Shown: positions 54,960 through 63,299 of the stretch, in pieces
Layout: every line of letters starts with the position of its first letter
How positions within the stretch are numbered: position 1 is the stretch's first letter
Origin: a virus
Lineage: Duplodnaviria > Caudoviricetes
DNA: 64,000 bases
Direction: 5' to 3' (one strand)
IMG/VR virus record: IMGVR_UViG_3300043414_000372
Coordinates: 32,001 to 96,000 of that record
Position numbers and translations under genes: made by a program
The notes under the pieces: generated by a model
Databases searched by the model: none
What the model saw: only the letters and a program-made list of their open reading frames with translations
Told to the model about the DNA's origin: nothing

Positions 54960-56402
54960 TTATTTCTTTAATGAATTCAATAAAGACTTAAACTTTGAAC
55001 CCTGTACATCAGCATGTACAGTCCTAGTCAAGGGTTCCATAGTGATTTCACCTGTAGTTTGATCAACTGTATAATCAGTTACTGTAGCTTGTGGTTTTAA
55101 GGTACTCATAATGTCATTTGCGCTTGGCTTAGGGGTATAACTTTGTTCTCCGTCAACTCCAGGATCACTTATACGCATAGTCTCAACATCATATTCTAAA
55201 TCAATCTTCATGCCCACACCCGTTGAACTACGACTTTTCATACATTGTATTTGATACTTGCCACGCTCACGCATACTGCGACTTGTGAAAATACCAAACA
55301 CATTGTCTGCTGTGTTAATCTTACTAATACCACCTGCAATGTGACTATGATCAAATTCAATTTCATCAACTGCACTACGATTCAATTGACTTGCAGTTAC
55401 TAATAGTATCCCAAGTTCCTTAGACAGGTTACGCAATTCTTCAGCAACATATTTGTCTTTGATAAACTGATCGTTTGGATTGACCTTAACAGACACTGGC
55501 ATAACTAAATCTAAGTAATCTACCATTACAAAATCAATCTTGATTCCAGTCTGAATCTGTACCTCTTTCAAATAAGCACGAATGTCATTGACATTACTTT
55601 GTGCTGGTAAATTCTTAACACGATACTTACCGGCCTTCTTTCCTGCCATCTTAACTCTAAGTTCTGTTGTGTCAATATCTTTGCGAATTGCTTTTGTTCC
55701 CATCATGGTTAACATTGCATCAGTACGCAAACTTGTTAGTTCTTCACTCAACTCTAAAGTGATATACACACCACTCATTCCCATCTGTAACCAGCTTAGT
55801 GCAATATTCATCATCACCAATGATTTACCTGAACCTGAACCACCTGCAAAGATATTCAACTCACCTCTACTCATGCCACCATACAGAATACGATCCATCT
55901 GAGGCCAGCCTGTACTTACTTGACCACCGCTGTTAAAGTATTTGTTGATACGACCTTTAGGATCAGCAAAGTAATCTGTACCCATGTCTTTCTGCAAACT
56001 AATCTGTACTGCATCTTTGATTAGTTTCTCAACTGGTTCAAACTCACCTTTCTCAAGTAAATCCGCTGCTTTGAGAATTGCTCTTTCTAGTTCTTGTCGT
56101 TTAGTAAATGATTCAAATTCATCAAAGAACCATTCATAATGCCCATCATTCAAATCAGGCACTGGGTCAATCTCTATTCCAGTTGTTGCTTTAATTTGTG
56201 TTGGGTCCGGTAATACTCTATATTTGTCTGTATGTGACTTAAACAATTCAGCCACTGGTCTGAGTGATCTATCAAAGTTCTCGCTATTCATAATATTCAT
56301 AACACGGGTATACAATTCCGCGTTAGTAACCATCATTCTCAGGAACAATTTCTGAACTTCAGGTGTATAATCTAACTGCTTTTTAGTTTCTTGTTTTGCC
56401 AA
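54960..56402 (-). CDS. Replicative DnaB/gp41-like helicase
   Basis: GGSGSGKS Walker A, YITLELSE, VDYLDL, TASQLNR, S-x-x-x-x-x-TAD and KSR motifs. Confidence 0.95.
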   Translation of the reverse strand: MAKQETKKQLDYTPEVQKLFLRMMVTNAELYTRVMNIMNSENFDRSLRPVAELFKSHTDKYRVLPDPTQIKATTGIEIDPVPDLNDGHYEWFFDEFESFTKRQELERAILKAADLLEKGEFEPVEKLIKDAVQISLQKDMGTDYFADPKGRINKYFNSGGQVSTGWPQMDRILYGGMSRGELNIFAGGSGSGKSLVMMNIALSWLQMGMSGVYITLELSEELTSLRTDAMLTMMGTKAIRKDIDTTELRVKMAGKKAGKYRVKNLPAQSNVNDIRAYLKEVQIQTGIKIDFVMVDYLDLVMPVSVKVNPNDQFIKDKYVAEELRNLSKELGILLVTASQLNRSAVDEIEFDHSHIAGGISKINTADNVFGIFTSRSMRERGKYQIQCMKSRSSTGVGMKIDLEYDVETMRISDPGVDGEQSYTPKPSANDIMSTLKPQATVTDYTVDQTTGEITMEPLTRTVHADVQGSKFKSLLNSLKK

Positions 56403-57357
56403 TTTTCTTCCTCTGCATTTCTATTTTGATTTTACTATTTGTTGCGCTACGTAGTATACTCAATAGGGTAGGTAACTTACCATATTTTACTACTGCATCA
56501 TTTACATCTTTTACATGATCATCCCAATCCGGCAAACTAACACTATAGCCTAATTCTAATGCTCTATCACACAATGCTAAACCTGTCTTATCTCTATCTG
56601 GAACTAAAATAATTTGTTTATTCAATGTGCTTAATAACAATGCTTGGTCACTATTAATGTCATCATGCATTACCGCTACACCATCTATGCTTAGTGCATC
56701 AAATATACCCTCGGTTACAATACATACACTCCATTCTGCTTTCTGCATGTCTATATTAAACACATACCCGTGTTGTTGCTCATTAATGTATTTGGGAGTT
56801 TTATTGTCCAAGAATCTACTTGTGTGTCCTACAATTTTATTCTTATATGTATAGGGGATGATTACCCTGTTGCCCATCCTACCTTTTTCATACGGAGTGA
56901 TCAAGAAAGGATAGTCACTACTATCTATCTTCCTCGATTGCAGATACTCTGCGTATACTTTGTGTAATGGGTTATTGCTATCCACAATCTCACCCTCTGG
57001 GAGTTTGTGTTCATTGAATTTGATTTTAATCTTTTGTTTTGCTGGCTGTGTAAAGTCTATCAAGTCTTTATGTTGTAAACTTTCTAAACTCCATCTTTTA
57101 ACTTGCTGGTCATCTATACCACACCATACTAATAGATTGCGAGTTTTACTAGTGATTGTTCTGCCCAATACAAAGTTGCACTTGAATCCACAATTGAAAC
57201 AATGCATTGACCAGTTAGTGCCATCAAACTTGATACCACCGCGCATTCGTTTATCTTGTCTATGACCAAAGTGGGTACAACAGATAGCGTTAAAGCTAGT
57301 CCAGCCAGAACTTGTTTGTTTCTTTTTACCAGGTAATATAGACAGGATATCAAACAT
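56383..57357 (-). CDS. DNA primase (gp61/DnaG-like)
   Basis: N-terminal Zn finger with HCFNCG; TOPRIM VTEGIFDA and LVPD-x-D-x-x-G; KD-x-ND. Confidence 0.9.
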   Translation of the reverse strand: MFDILSILPGKKKQTSSGWTSFNAICCTHFGHRQDKRMRGGIKFDGTNWSMHCFNCGFKCNFVLGRTITSKTRNLLVWCGIDDQQVKRWSLESLQHKDLIDFTQPAKQKIKIKFNEHKLPEGEIVDSNNPLHKVYAEYLQSRKIDSSDYPFLITPYEKGRMGNRVIIPYTYKNKIVGHTSRFLDNKTPKYINEQQHGYVFNIDMQKAEWSVCIVTEGIFDALSIDGVAVMHDDINSDQALLLSTLNKQIILVPDRDKTGLALCDRALELGYSVSLPDWDDHVKDVNDAVVKYGKLPTLLSILRSATNSKIKIEMQRKKIGKTRN

Positions 57358-57363
57358 CTATTG

Positions 57364-57392
57364 ATTGTAACACAATCATAATGTTAAAGCAA
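57364..57392 (-). promoter_or_regulatory. sigma70-type promoter with extended -10 (primase-helicase)
   Basis: TTGCTT-17 nt-TACAAT with TG-n; 6 nt before the ATG. Confidence 0.65.
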
Positions 57393-57393
57393 A

Positions 57394-58158
57394 TTATCTG
57401 GTCAATAAATTAGCCACTGCGCCCGCATTGCTAGTAAATTGCATACGAACATAAGGATGGAATCCTTCAATTACATAACCAACCGTTTGTGTAACATTGG
57501 ATACTTCCTCAGTAGTTACAATGTCATACCAATCATTATCAACGATACTGCTACCTTGAATGGTTGTGTTTCCATAGAATTCAATGTATTCAGTTTGGAT
57601 AGTTAGTATTGGATTGTTATTGGTGCTCAATACGCTAGTAGTGTATGTGATGCTACTTCCATTAGCATTGGGACTATTAGGAAAGGCTTGTCCAGTTGGT
57701 ATCGTGATTTCGTATGATGGAACAAAGTTAGGCAATACACTATTAACAATATTCATCTCACCACGAGCACCGGCATTTTGATCAACAAACACAGGGAAGT
57801 CAAACTCATTAACCGGGATTTCTAATGTGTAATAGCATTTTTGAGCCTGAATATTTTCAAGGTCTGCTGCATTTAAATATAACGCACAAATACCAGTGGC
57901 AGCAAACTGCAAGGTTAATGCTTTCTGTATTAAGATTTCACTGCCGGTATAATTTAATATACGGCAAGTGATACTCTTTCCCGTGATATCTATGGGTTTT
58001 TGCTCCTGATTCAGGAATTGAAACTGGATTTGATTATCCACGCCCTTATGCAGGGTTAATGGTTTGGCATAGACTGGCATATATCTCCTCGGTGAATAGC
58101 CTGACAATAACACAACAATGTTGCGCTGAACGTAATAAAATACTGATGTTGAATACAC
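57394..58158 (-). CDS. Probable structural protein (BppU-N/Ig-like N-terminal domain)
   Basis: L-x-KG-x-DN-x-I-x-F-x-F-x-N-x-x-x-KP-x-D-x-T pattern; GTG start with GGAG RBS and ACTAAATA (58179-58186). Confidence 0.5.
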   Translation of the reverse strand: MYSTSVFYYVQRNIVVLLSGYSPRRYMPVYAKPLTLHKGVDNQIQFQFLNQEQKPIDITGKSITCRILNYTGSEILIQKALTLQFAATGICALYLNAADLENIQAQKCYYTLEIPVNEFDFPVFVDQNAGARGEMNIVNSVLPNFVPSYEITIPTGQAFPNSPNANGSSITYTTSVLSTNNNPILTIQTEYIEFYGNTTIQGSSIVDNDWYDIVTTEEVSNVTQTVGYVIEGFHPYVRMQFTSNAGAVANLLTR

Positions 58159-58245
58159 AAATGTAGGCTCCTATAACGTATTTAGTCTATATATTTTAAT
58201 TTAATTAACTTTGGTTACCCGATAAATAAACAGTTAACTAAAATA

Positions 58246-58626
58246 ATGATCCAAAACGAATTCTTTAAACGATTGACAGAAAATCATCCGTTCATCACAG
58301 TATGTTCATATGCCAACCAAGATTATGTTGGAATTGTTCAAAACCGTGATGAGATGGTGACCACTATCTATGATTATGGTGCTATCACAGATAATACAAT
58401 CAAAGAAAAGTTTCTCTCCCTAGGAGAAATATGGTGGTGGGAATCCAATAGACTAATCCCCATTAATCTGTTTTTAAAAGAAGATTGGATTCCCTTTAAG
58501 CCCTATCTCAGGACTTTCACTAACAAAAGTCTAATAGTAGTACACGGTCCAACTTGTAGTATGGCCGAATTAGGAAAACGTAGAAGTAAACGCCGTAGCA
58601 TCACCCTCGTCAAGCGTATGCCCTAA
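58246..58626 (+). CDS. Hypothetical protein
   Basis: 126-aa ORF with WWWESNR-x-IPI motif after GATAAATA (58221-58228); 3' overlap with the polymerase fragment. Confidence 0.75.
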   Translation: MIQNEFFKRLTENHPFITVCSYANQDYVGIVQNRDEMVTTIYDYGAITDNTIKEKFLSLGEIWWWESNRLIPINLFLKEDWIPFKPYLRTFTNKSLIVVHGPTCSMAELGKRRSKRRSITLVKRMP

Positions 58627-59181
58627 CAAATTTATGTGAACAACTACTAATTGTGCATATGCAATCGCATGTGCTTTCTTAAACACATAACCATCAGTTC
58701 CCTTATCCCATACAGTTCTATTAATCTCTGACCAGACTTTCCCAATCAAATGCTTTTTGCCAGGACGAATAACTGCTAGAAACATTGCTAATCTTGGGAT
58801 GCTGTCTATAGGTTCTGGCATCTTCTCTAAGTTATAGTACTGATTGTTCAAGTGAATCAGTTTCTCAACAAAAGATTTATCCTTAAGTTTACTCCAATCA
58901 GGCTCAACCATCAATTCAGTTAGATGTTGTTCATCTCTGACATTCTCATAGACATGAACATTTAGTAAATCTAGTTTGAAGTACCCACGCTTCTCTGCTA
59001 CTGTATAATCAATACTTGCTATATCATGTATCGGGTCATAGGGAATAGGTGTAACATATACACCAGTAGCATGTTTACGAATAGGATTGACATTACGCAT
59101 TGCCGCACTTGTGTGCTTAATCAATTCAAGCAATTTATCTCTTGAACCAAAATCAATGTCAATGTCACTATCTATTCTCAC
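58570..59181 (-). CDS. Family-C (DnaE-like) DNA polymerase, catalytic fragment
   Basis: SDIDIDF (catalytic D-x-D), KHATGV, KLDLL (third Asp), AVIRPG and YVFKKAHAIAYA correspond to DnaE PDIDIDF, HAGG, KFDFL, ALYRPG and YGFNKSH. Confidence 0.88.
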   Translation of the reverse strand: MRIDSDIDIDFGSRDKLLELIKHTSAAMRNVNPIRKHATGVYVTPIPYDPIHDIASIDYTVAEKRGYFKLDLLNVHVYENVRDEQHLTELMVEPDWSKLKDKSFVEKLIHLNNQYYNLEKMPEPIDSIPRLAMFLAVIRPGKKHLIGKVWSEINRTVWDKGTDGYVFKKAHAIAYAQLVVVHINLLGHTLDEGDATAFTSTFS

Positions 59182-59726
59182 GGTGCCATTACTCCTGCTT
59201 TGATTAGTTTAGTATACGCTTTTTGTACAACAATAGCTTGTCTTTCGGCATCTTCTACTGCTTTGTGACTAGTAGAATGCCCGCCGTCACTTAGTTTGAC
59301 GCCTGCAACTTCATACAACGTTCTAGTGTCTCGTACGGTATAGAATGGCCACGGTATTCGCATTCCAAGTTGACGCCATGCGGTTTCCGCAACAACGACA
59401 TCAAATGAAGCCCCATTAGACCACACAGCGCGGCGATTCCAACAAAACTTATAAAGGGCTTCCATACATTCGCTATATGAAATACGTCCCTGATCTCCCA
59501 TTGCTTCTTCTCTTGCAGCTTCGGACTGCTCTCCCCACCATCTAATAGTATCTTCATTAATAACCCTATCATATTTTTCAGTTTGTTCATCAATCGTAGG
59601 ACGCAATTCTAATCGTTCTACTACACCATTCCCTTTAGGATCAAACCGTACAGCTCCTATAGTTAATATAACACAAAATGGACTTGTGTCAAGTGTCTCC
59701 ATGTCAATCATTATATCATTTGCCAT
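59178..59726 (-). CDS. DEDDh 3'-5' exonuclease (start revised to MANDIMID)
   Basis: Exo I IDMET, Exo II WSNGASFD, Exo III HKAVEDA; TAATG overlap upstream and GTGA overlap downstream. Confidence 0.88.
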   Translation of the reverse strand: MANDIMIDMETLDTSPFCVILTIGAVRFDPKGNGVVERLELRPTIDEQTEKYDRVINEDTIRWWGEQSEAAREEAMGDQGRISYSECMEALYKFCWNRRAVWSNGASFDVVVAETAWRQLGMRIPWPFYTVRDTRTLYEVAGVKLSDGGHSTSHKAVEDAERQAIVVQKAYTKLIKAGVMAP

Positions 59727-59998
59727 TACATTTGCCACATTTCATACATTGTTATTAATCTATCATCCCACAACTCTATTGTAACACATCCTCCAACTAA
59801 GGAGAAGTCCCAACCTTGGTGTCTTTCACCGAAATTTCTTCTCATCCATTTTACAATGATAGATGGATCTTCTTTGTGATATTTACAGTCTCTGTTGTAG
59901 ACTGTTCTGTTGCCATTTTTATATTTGTTATCTCTACAACCATTGATATAGACAGTCGGGGCAGCTAGGCCAAATGAGCCAGTGTTCATGTATGCCAT
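59726..59998 (-). CDS. Small array protein (divergent member)
   Basis: KWMRRNFG...GWDF...MYEMW. Confidence 0.65.
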   Translation of the reverse strand: MAYMNTGSFGLAAPTVYINGCRDNKYKNGNRTVYNRDCKYHKEDPSIIVKWMRRNFGERHQGWDFSLVGGCVTIELWDDRLITMYEMWQM

Positions 59999-59999
59999 A

Positions 60000-60269
60000 T
60001 CATCCCCATTTCAATAAAAATATTAAGTAGAGTTTTTCATCTACTACTTCGTACCCATCAGTGATGTTACCATTAACTATATTCATTTTTACGCCATACT
60101 TCTGTTCTAGGTAATCTTCAAAATCATATGCGTCAAAATTAGTTTTGTTTTCCATGTACTCTACACGAACTTTTTTCAATGCTTCCCAATACTTCCAACG
60201 ATTCTTTCGTTGATGTAATGCTGGATCATCGTCATCATAATCTTGAAATGATTTTGATATATTGGTCAT
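60000..60269 (-). CDS. Small array protein (ends FLLKWG)
   Basis: Terminal motif; ATGA overlap. Confidence 0.7.
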   Translation of the reverse strand: MTNISKSFQDYDDDDPALHQRKNRWKYWEALKKVRVEYMENKTNFDAYDFEDYLEQKYGVKMNIVNGNITDGYEVVDEKLYLIFLLKWG

Positions 60270-60469
60270 ACCCATCTCAATGCAAAATAGGTGCTATATT
60301 CTTCTTTATAGAAATTAAATACTGCGCGGCGATCTCTTGTATCATATGTAGAAGAACGATGATATGCCCAATCAAAATCTACTCCATCAGTCCAGCCGTG
60401 TGCTTGCATTTGATGTACTATTTCTATTACTTCATTTGCGCTTTTGCCGTAGATGGTTACAGATTTCAT
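60266..60469 (-). CDS. Small array protein (ends FALRWV)
   Basis: Terminal motif; ATGA overlap. Confidence 0.7.
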   Translation of the reverse strand: MKSVTIYGKSANEVIEIVHQMQAHGWTDGVDFDWAYHRSSTYDTRDRRAVFNFYKEEYSTYFALRWV

Positions 60470-60711
60470 TCCCAGCGTAGCAAAAACAATGTTAAATCTT
60501 CAGCACGGGTAAGCATTATCTCACACTGCTTAATGTTATCTACCCAACGATTACTTCCAGTTTCATCATCATAGCCTGAATTGCCATAATTCTTTTTACA
60601 CCATTTCTTTATTTCTTTAGTGTCAACATCATCTTGGTTCTTCCAAGAGATAGTATGTATATTAACTTTGCTACCGAAATAGCGTTCTGTTTTGTGTGTA
60701 AATTTACTCAT
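60466..60711 (-). CDS. Small array protein (ends FLLRWE)
   Basis: Terminal motif; ATGA overlap. Confidence 0.7.
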   Translation of the reverse strand: MSKFTHKTERYFGSKVNIHTISWKNQDDVDTKEIKKWCKKNYGNSGYDDETGSNRWVDNIKQCEIMLTRAEDLTLFLLRWE

Positions 60712-60950
60712 GACCACCTTAAAATAAACCATGCTGCCAATTTGGGATCTTTAACTGTGATAGTAGGCACATATCTGAGTCCCATGTTACGAGGGTCAAA
60801 CACTTCATGTCCTTGTGGATAAACACACTCACTCTTGTAGAACCAGGCATAATTGTCGCCGTCAGCGCCAATCATATTGCCCTTGCCCACATGCTGGTTC
60901 AACCATTCGGTACAACCTTCGGGCACCCCTTGTCTAAACTCTACTCTCAT
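60708..60950 (-). CDS. Small array protein (ends FILRWS)
   Basis: Terminal motif; ATGA overlap. Confidence 0.7.
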   Translation of the reverse strand: MRVEFRQGVPEGCTEWLNQHVGKGNMIGADGDNYAWFYKSECVYPQGHEVFDPRNMGLRYVPTITVKDPKLAAWFILRWS

Positions 60951-61198
60951 GACCATCTCAATAAAAAAAATGTAGCATCACTACCTTCTTTGAAAGCAAT
61001 CGTGCTGTCCCAGGAATCATATTCAATTTTAGCTTCTTTTAACCAATCTTTCACATTACTAGACACACTAGGAATGTACCATGGATGCGGTATATTAACA
61101 ATAGTCCAACCCATAGCATTGTATAATACTTCTTTGTCAATGCTATCAGATATTTTTTTGGCAACTATATCAAGAATGTGTTGTTCTATATCCATCAT
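60947..61198 (-). CDS. Small array protein (ends FLLRWS)
   Basis: Terminal motif; ATGA overlap. Confidence 0.7.
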   Translation of the reverse strand: MMDIEQHILDIVAKKISDSIDKEVLYNAMGWTIVNIPHPWYIPSVSSNVKDWLKEAKIEYDSWDSTIAFKEGSDATFFLLRWS

Positions 61199-61434
61199 GA
61201 CCATCTCAATATAAAATGTGTAGCATCTTTTGCGTCTAAGAAATAGAATGTACTACCAGCCCACTCATTTTTTTGCAAACAACAATCACGCTTATGTTCA
61301 CTAACCCACCTAACCATTTCTGCAACTTGATCACACCAATCAGTCCAATCCATTCCCGGGCGTACTGTAAGATGTACCTTGTGATAATTCTTGTCAATAT
61401 CACGTTTTGCTTTTCTACGCTGCTTGCTATTCAT
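61195..61434 (-). CDS. Small array protein (ends FILRWS)
   Basis: Terminal motif; ATGA overlap. Confidence 0.7.
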   Translation of the reverse strand: MNSKQRRKAKRDIDKNYHKVHLTVRPGMDWTDWCDQVAEMVRWVSEHKRDCCLQKNEWAGSTFYFLDAKDATHFILRWS

Positions 61435-61733
61435 GACCATCTCAATATGAAAAAGGTTCTATCTTGTTCATCACGGAACCAATACTTACGATTACTGCCT
61501 ACCCACCGAGCGTTTTCTTTATGCCAATTATTATCACCCATTATGTTTAACAGCCATTTGTCCATGTCATACCACTCTTTTTCATCATAGTTACATGGAC
61601 GCACCCAGTAGGGCCATTTAGGTTGATTGTCAGCGTAACCAGTTTCAAGGCGTTTCATGTTGATTTCATCTATCCATTGATTTGCTAAATCAGTTACCCA
61701 TCTATTGTTAGCCATAGCACGTTTCTTTATCAT
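61431..61733 (-). CDS. Small array protein (ends FILRWS)
   Basis: Terminal motif; ATGA overlap. Confidence 0.7.
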   Translation of the reverse strand: MIKKRAMANNRWVTDLANQWIDEINMKRLETGYADNQPKWPYWVRPCNYDEKEWYDMDKWLLNIMGDNNWHKENARWVGSNRKYWFRDEQDRTFFILRWS

Positions 61734-61963
61734 TGCCAAACCAATCCAAACCAAGTTGCATGTTCAGGGGTATCAAAATCTACTGTAATAACATTATTAC
61801 CTATAGCACCGCGTGGTGCTACATCTCGTCCCATTTTCATATGCCAGCCTTTACCATGCCAAAAGATTATTGGTTTACTATTTAATAGTGGACCAATGTT
61901 TTCTTGCAGCCAATGTAATATTGGTGCCCATTGTTTGCCATAAACTTTTACAGTAGCGGTCAT
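61730..61963 (-). CDS. Small array protein (ends FGLVWQ)
   Basis: WLQENIG...KP-x-x-x-W-x-G-x-GW motif shared with its neighbour. Confidence 0.7.
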   Translation of the reverse strand: MTATVKVYGKQWAPILHWLQENIGPLLNSKPIIFWHGKGWHMKMGRDVAPRGAIGNNVITVDFDTPEHATWFGLVWQ

Positions 61964-62208
61964 TCAACCCAGTCTTTTTCCAAAAGTTTTAAATGTTTTT
62001 TCATTATAAAATGTATATCACAATAAGGATCACCATGGTTACCTTGTACTAATGTCATATACCAACCCTGTCCTTCCCAGGCAACAATAGGCTTAGCGGC
62101 AACTAATTTGCCTATGTTTTTCTGTAGCCAAATTAACAGGGCGGCATAGTCTGCGCCCCATAATCTGGCCACATATTTGTAAGTCACTTGTTTTGTTTTT
62201 GTTACCAT
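61960..62208 (-). CDS. Small array protein (ends LEKDWVE)
   Basis: WLQKNIG...KP-x-x-x-W-x-G-x-GW, close paralogue of 61730..61963. Confidence 0.7.
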   Translation of the reverse strand: MVTKTKQVTYKYVARLWGADYAALLIWLQKNIGKLVAAKPIVAWEGQGWYMTLVQGNHGDPYCDIHFIMKKHLKLLEKDWVE

Positions 62209-62417
62209 CTTAAACTACAAAAAATGTAGTCTCGTTCATATCTAAATTTTATTCTTACTTCAAATTCATCCCAGGTGCACAATGTGTGCCTTTCATAATT
62301 TTCAATTTTATTACATAACCAATCTATCACTTCAATACGATGCAGTTGCCGGCGATTTTCATCTAGTTTAATAACACGTTCATGCCAACCCGGTCGTATA
62401 TCTTCCCATCTTCTCAT
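62202..62417 (-). CDS. Small array protein (ends CSLRW)
   Basis: Terminal motif; ATGA overlap. Confidence 0.7.
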   Translation of the reverse strand: MRRWEDIRPGWHERVIKLDENRRQLHRIEVIDWLCNKIENYERHTLCTWDEFEVRIKFRYERDYIFCSLRW

Positions 62418-62650
62418 AACCATCTTAAACTAAAATGTATCGCATCACGCTCATCTTTAAATACAAAATCCATATAATCTTCTGTCATGTGTGTGTAAAA
62501 CTTCTCACCCGGCAAATCAAATTGTTCTATTGCCCAAATACAAGTTTCATCCCAATCACTAATTGTATCACCCTTCATCCAAGGGATACGAACCCTAGTA
62601 CCCTGCTTCGCCGAGGGTGTCTTTAATTCGTTTCGTAAGTTCTGCATCAC
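62414..62650 (-). CDS. Small array protein (ends FSLRWL)
   Basis: F-x-F-x-D-x-x-DA-x-x-F-x-LRW ending. Confidence 0.7.
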   Translation of the reverse strand: MMQNLRNELKTPSAKQGTRVRIPWMKGDTISDWDETCIWAIEQFDLPGEKFYTHMTEDYMDFVFKDERDAIHFSLRWL

Positions 62651-63299
62651 GTTTAAACCTTATTGCCCACTGTTCTGGATTCACATAATCAATGATCATT
62701 TTAACATGGCCTTCATTTAATGTATCTAGAAAACGGACACCGCTGTCGCTTTGATACAACAGCCATGGACTAATCTTACCCGTTGTTATCGCATAACAAA
62801 TCTTATTTGCATTCCCATATCTTAATATGTCATGTGGTAATATTTTGGCATCAGTTGCCATTTCCATACAATACTCAATACTACGATGAATTGCATCAAA
62901 TGCATCTTCATGTCGCAAAAACTCAATTAGATATTTAGTATAGGTACTATCACTGCACCAATTGTCAATCTTAACTTGATTCTTTAACAACCAATCAACA
63001 AATCTTGGAATATTTATCGCATTGATATTGACACAATAATTACCAAACTTAACAAAAGCAATGTAATATGGATTCTTAATGAAATCTTCTTGCTTAAGGT
63101 TTTTTCTTTTTGATGTATTCTTTTTATAAAACTCTAACCAACATTGAAACCCAATTCTATTTCCATGATTATCTTTATCTAACCATCTACGTTTTGGTTC
63201 GCATACATGACTAAGCGTGGTTGATTCACGCAAAAACTCTCTCTTGCAAAAATCACAGCCATACTTTGCTGTCTTTTTAATTGCCGAGGTCTCTTTCAT
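62595..63299 (-). CDS. Hypothetical protein with N-terminal C2HC-type Zn finger (start revised to MKETS)
   Basis: C-x2-C-x3-F-x8-H-x-C. Confidence 0.65.
   Translation of the reverse strand: MKETSAIKKTAKYGCDFCKREFLRESTTLSHVCEPKRRWLDKDNHGNRIGFQCWLEFYKKNTSKRKNLKQEDFIKNPYYIAFVKFGNYCVNINAINIPRFVDWLLKNQVKIDNWCSDSTYTKYLIEFLRHEDAFDAIHRSIEYCMEMATDAKILPHDILRYGNANKICYAITTGKISPWLLYQSDSGVRFLDTLNEGHVKMIIDYVNPEQWAIRFKRDAELTKRIKDTLGEAGY

Larger units (their letters stand above)
60947..61447. repeat. Three exact 17-bp direct repeats tcatgaccatctcaata
   Basis: At 60947-60963, 61195-61211 and 61431-61447. Confidence 0.95.

Noticed and set aside
59851-59916. Short alternative-frame ORF MATEQSTTETVNITKKIHLSL suggesting a frameshift
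   Set aside because: The listed frame already starts 1 nt after the upstream stop and is continuous; no slippery site is evident
60947-61447. Regularly spaced 17-bp repeats as a CRISPR array or integron attC sites
   Set aside because: Repeats are too short, the spacers are about 230-bp coding genes, they are not palindromic, and no cas or integrase gene is in the window
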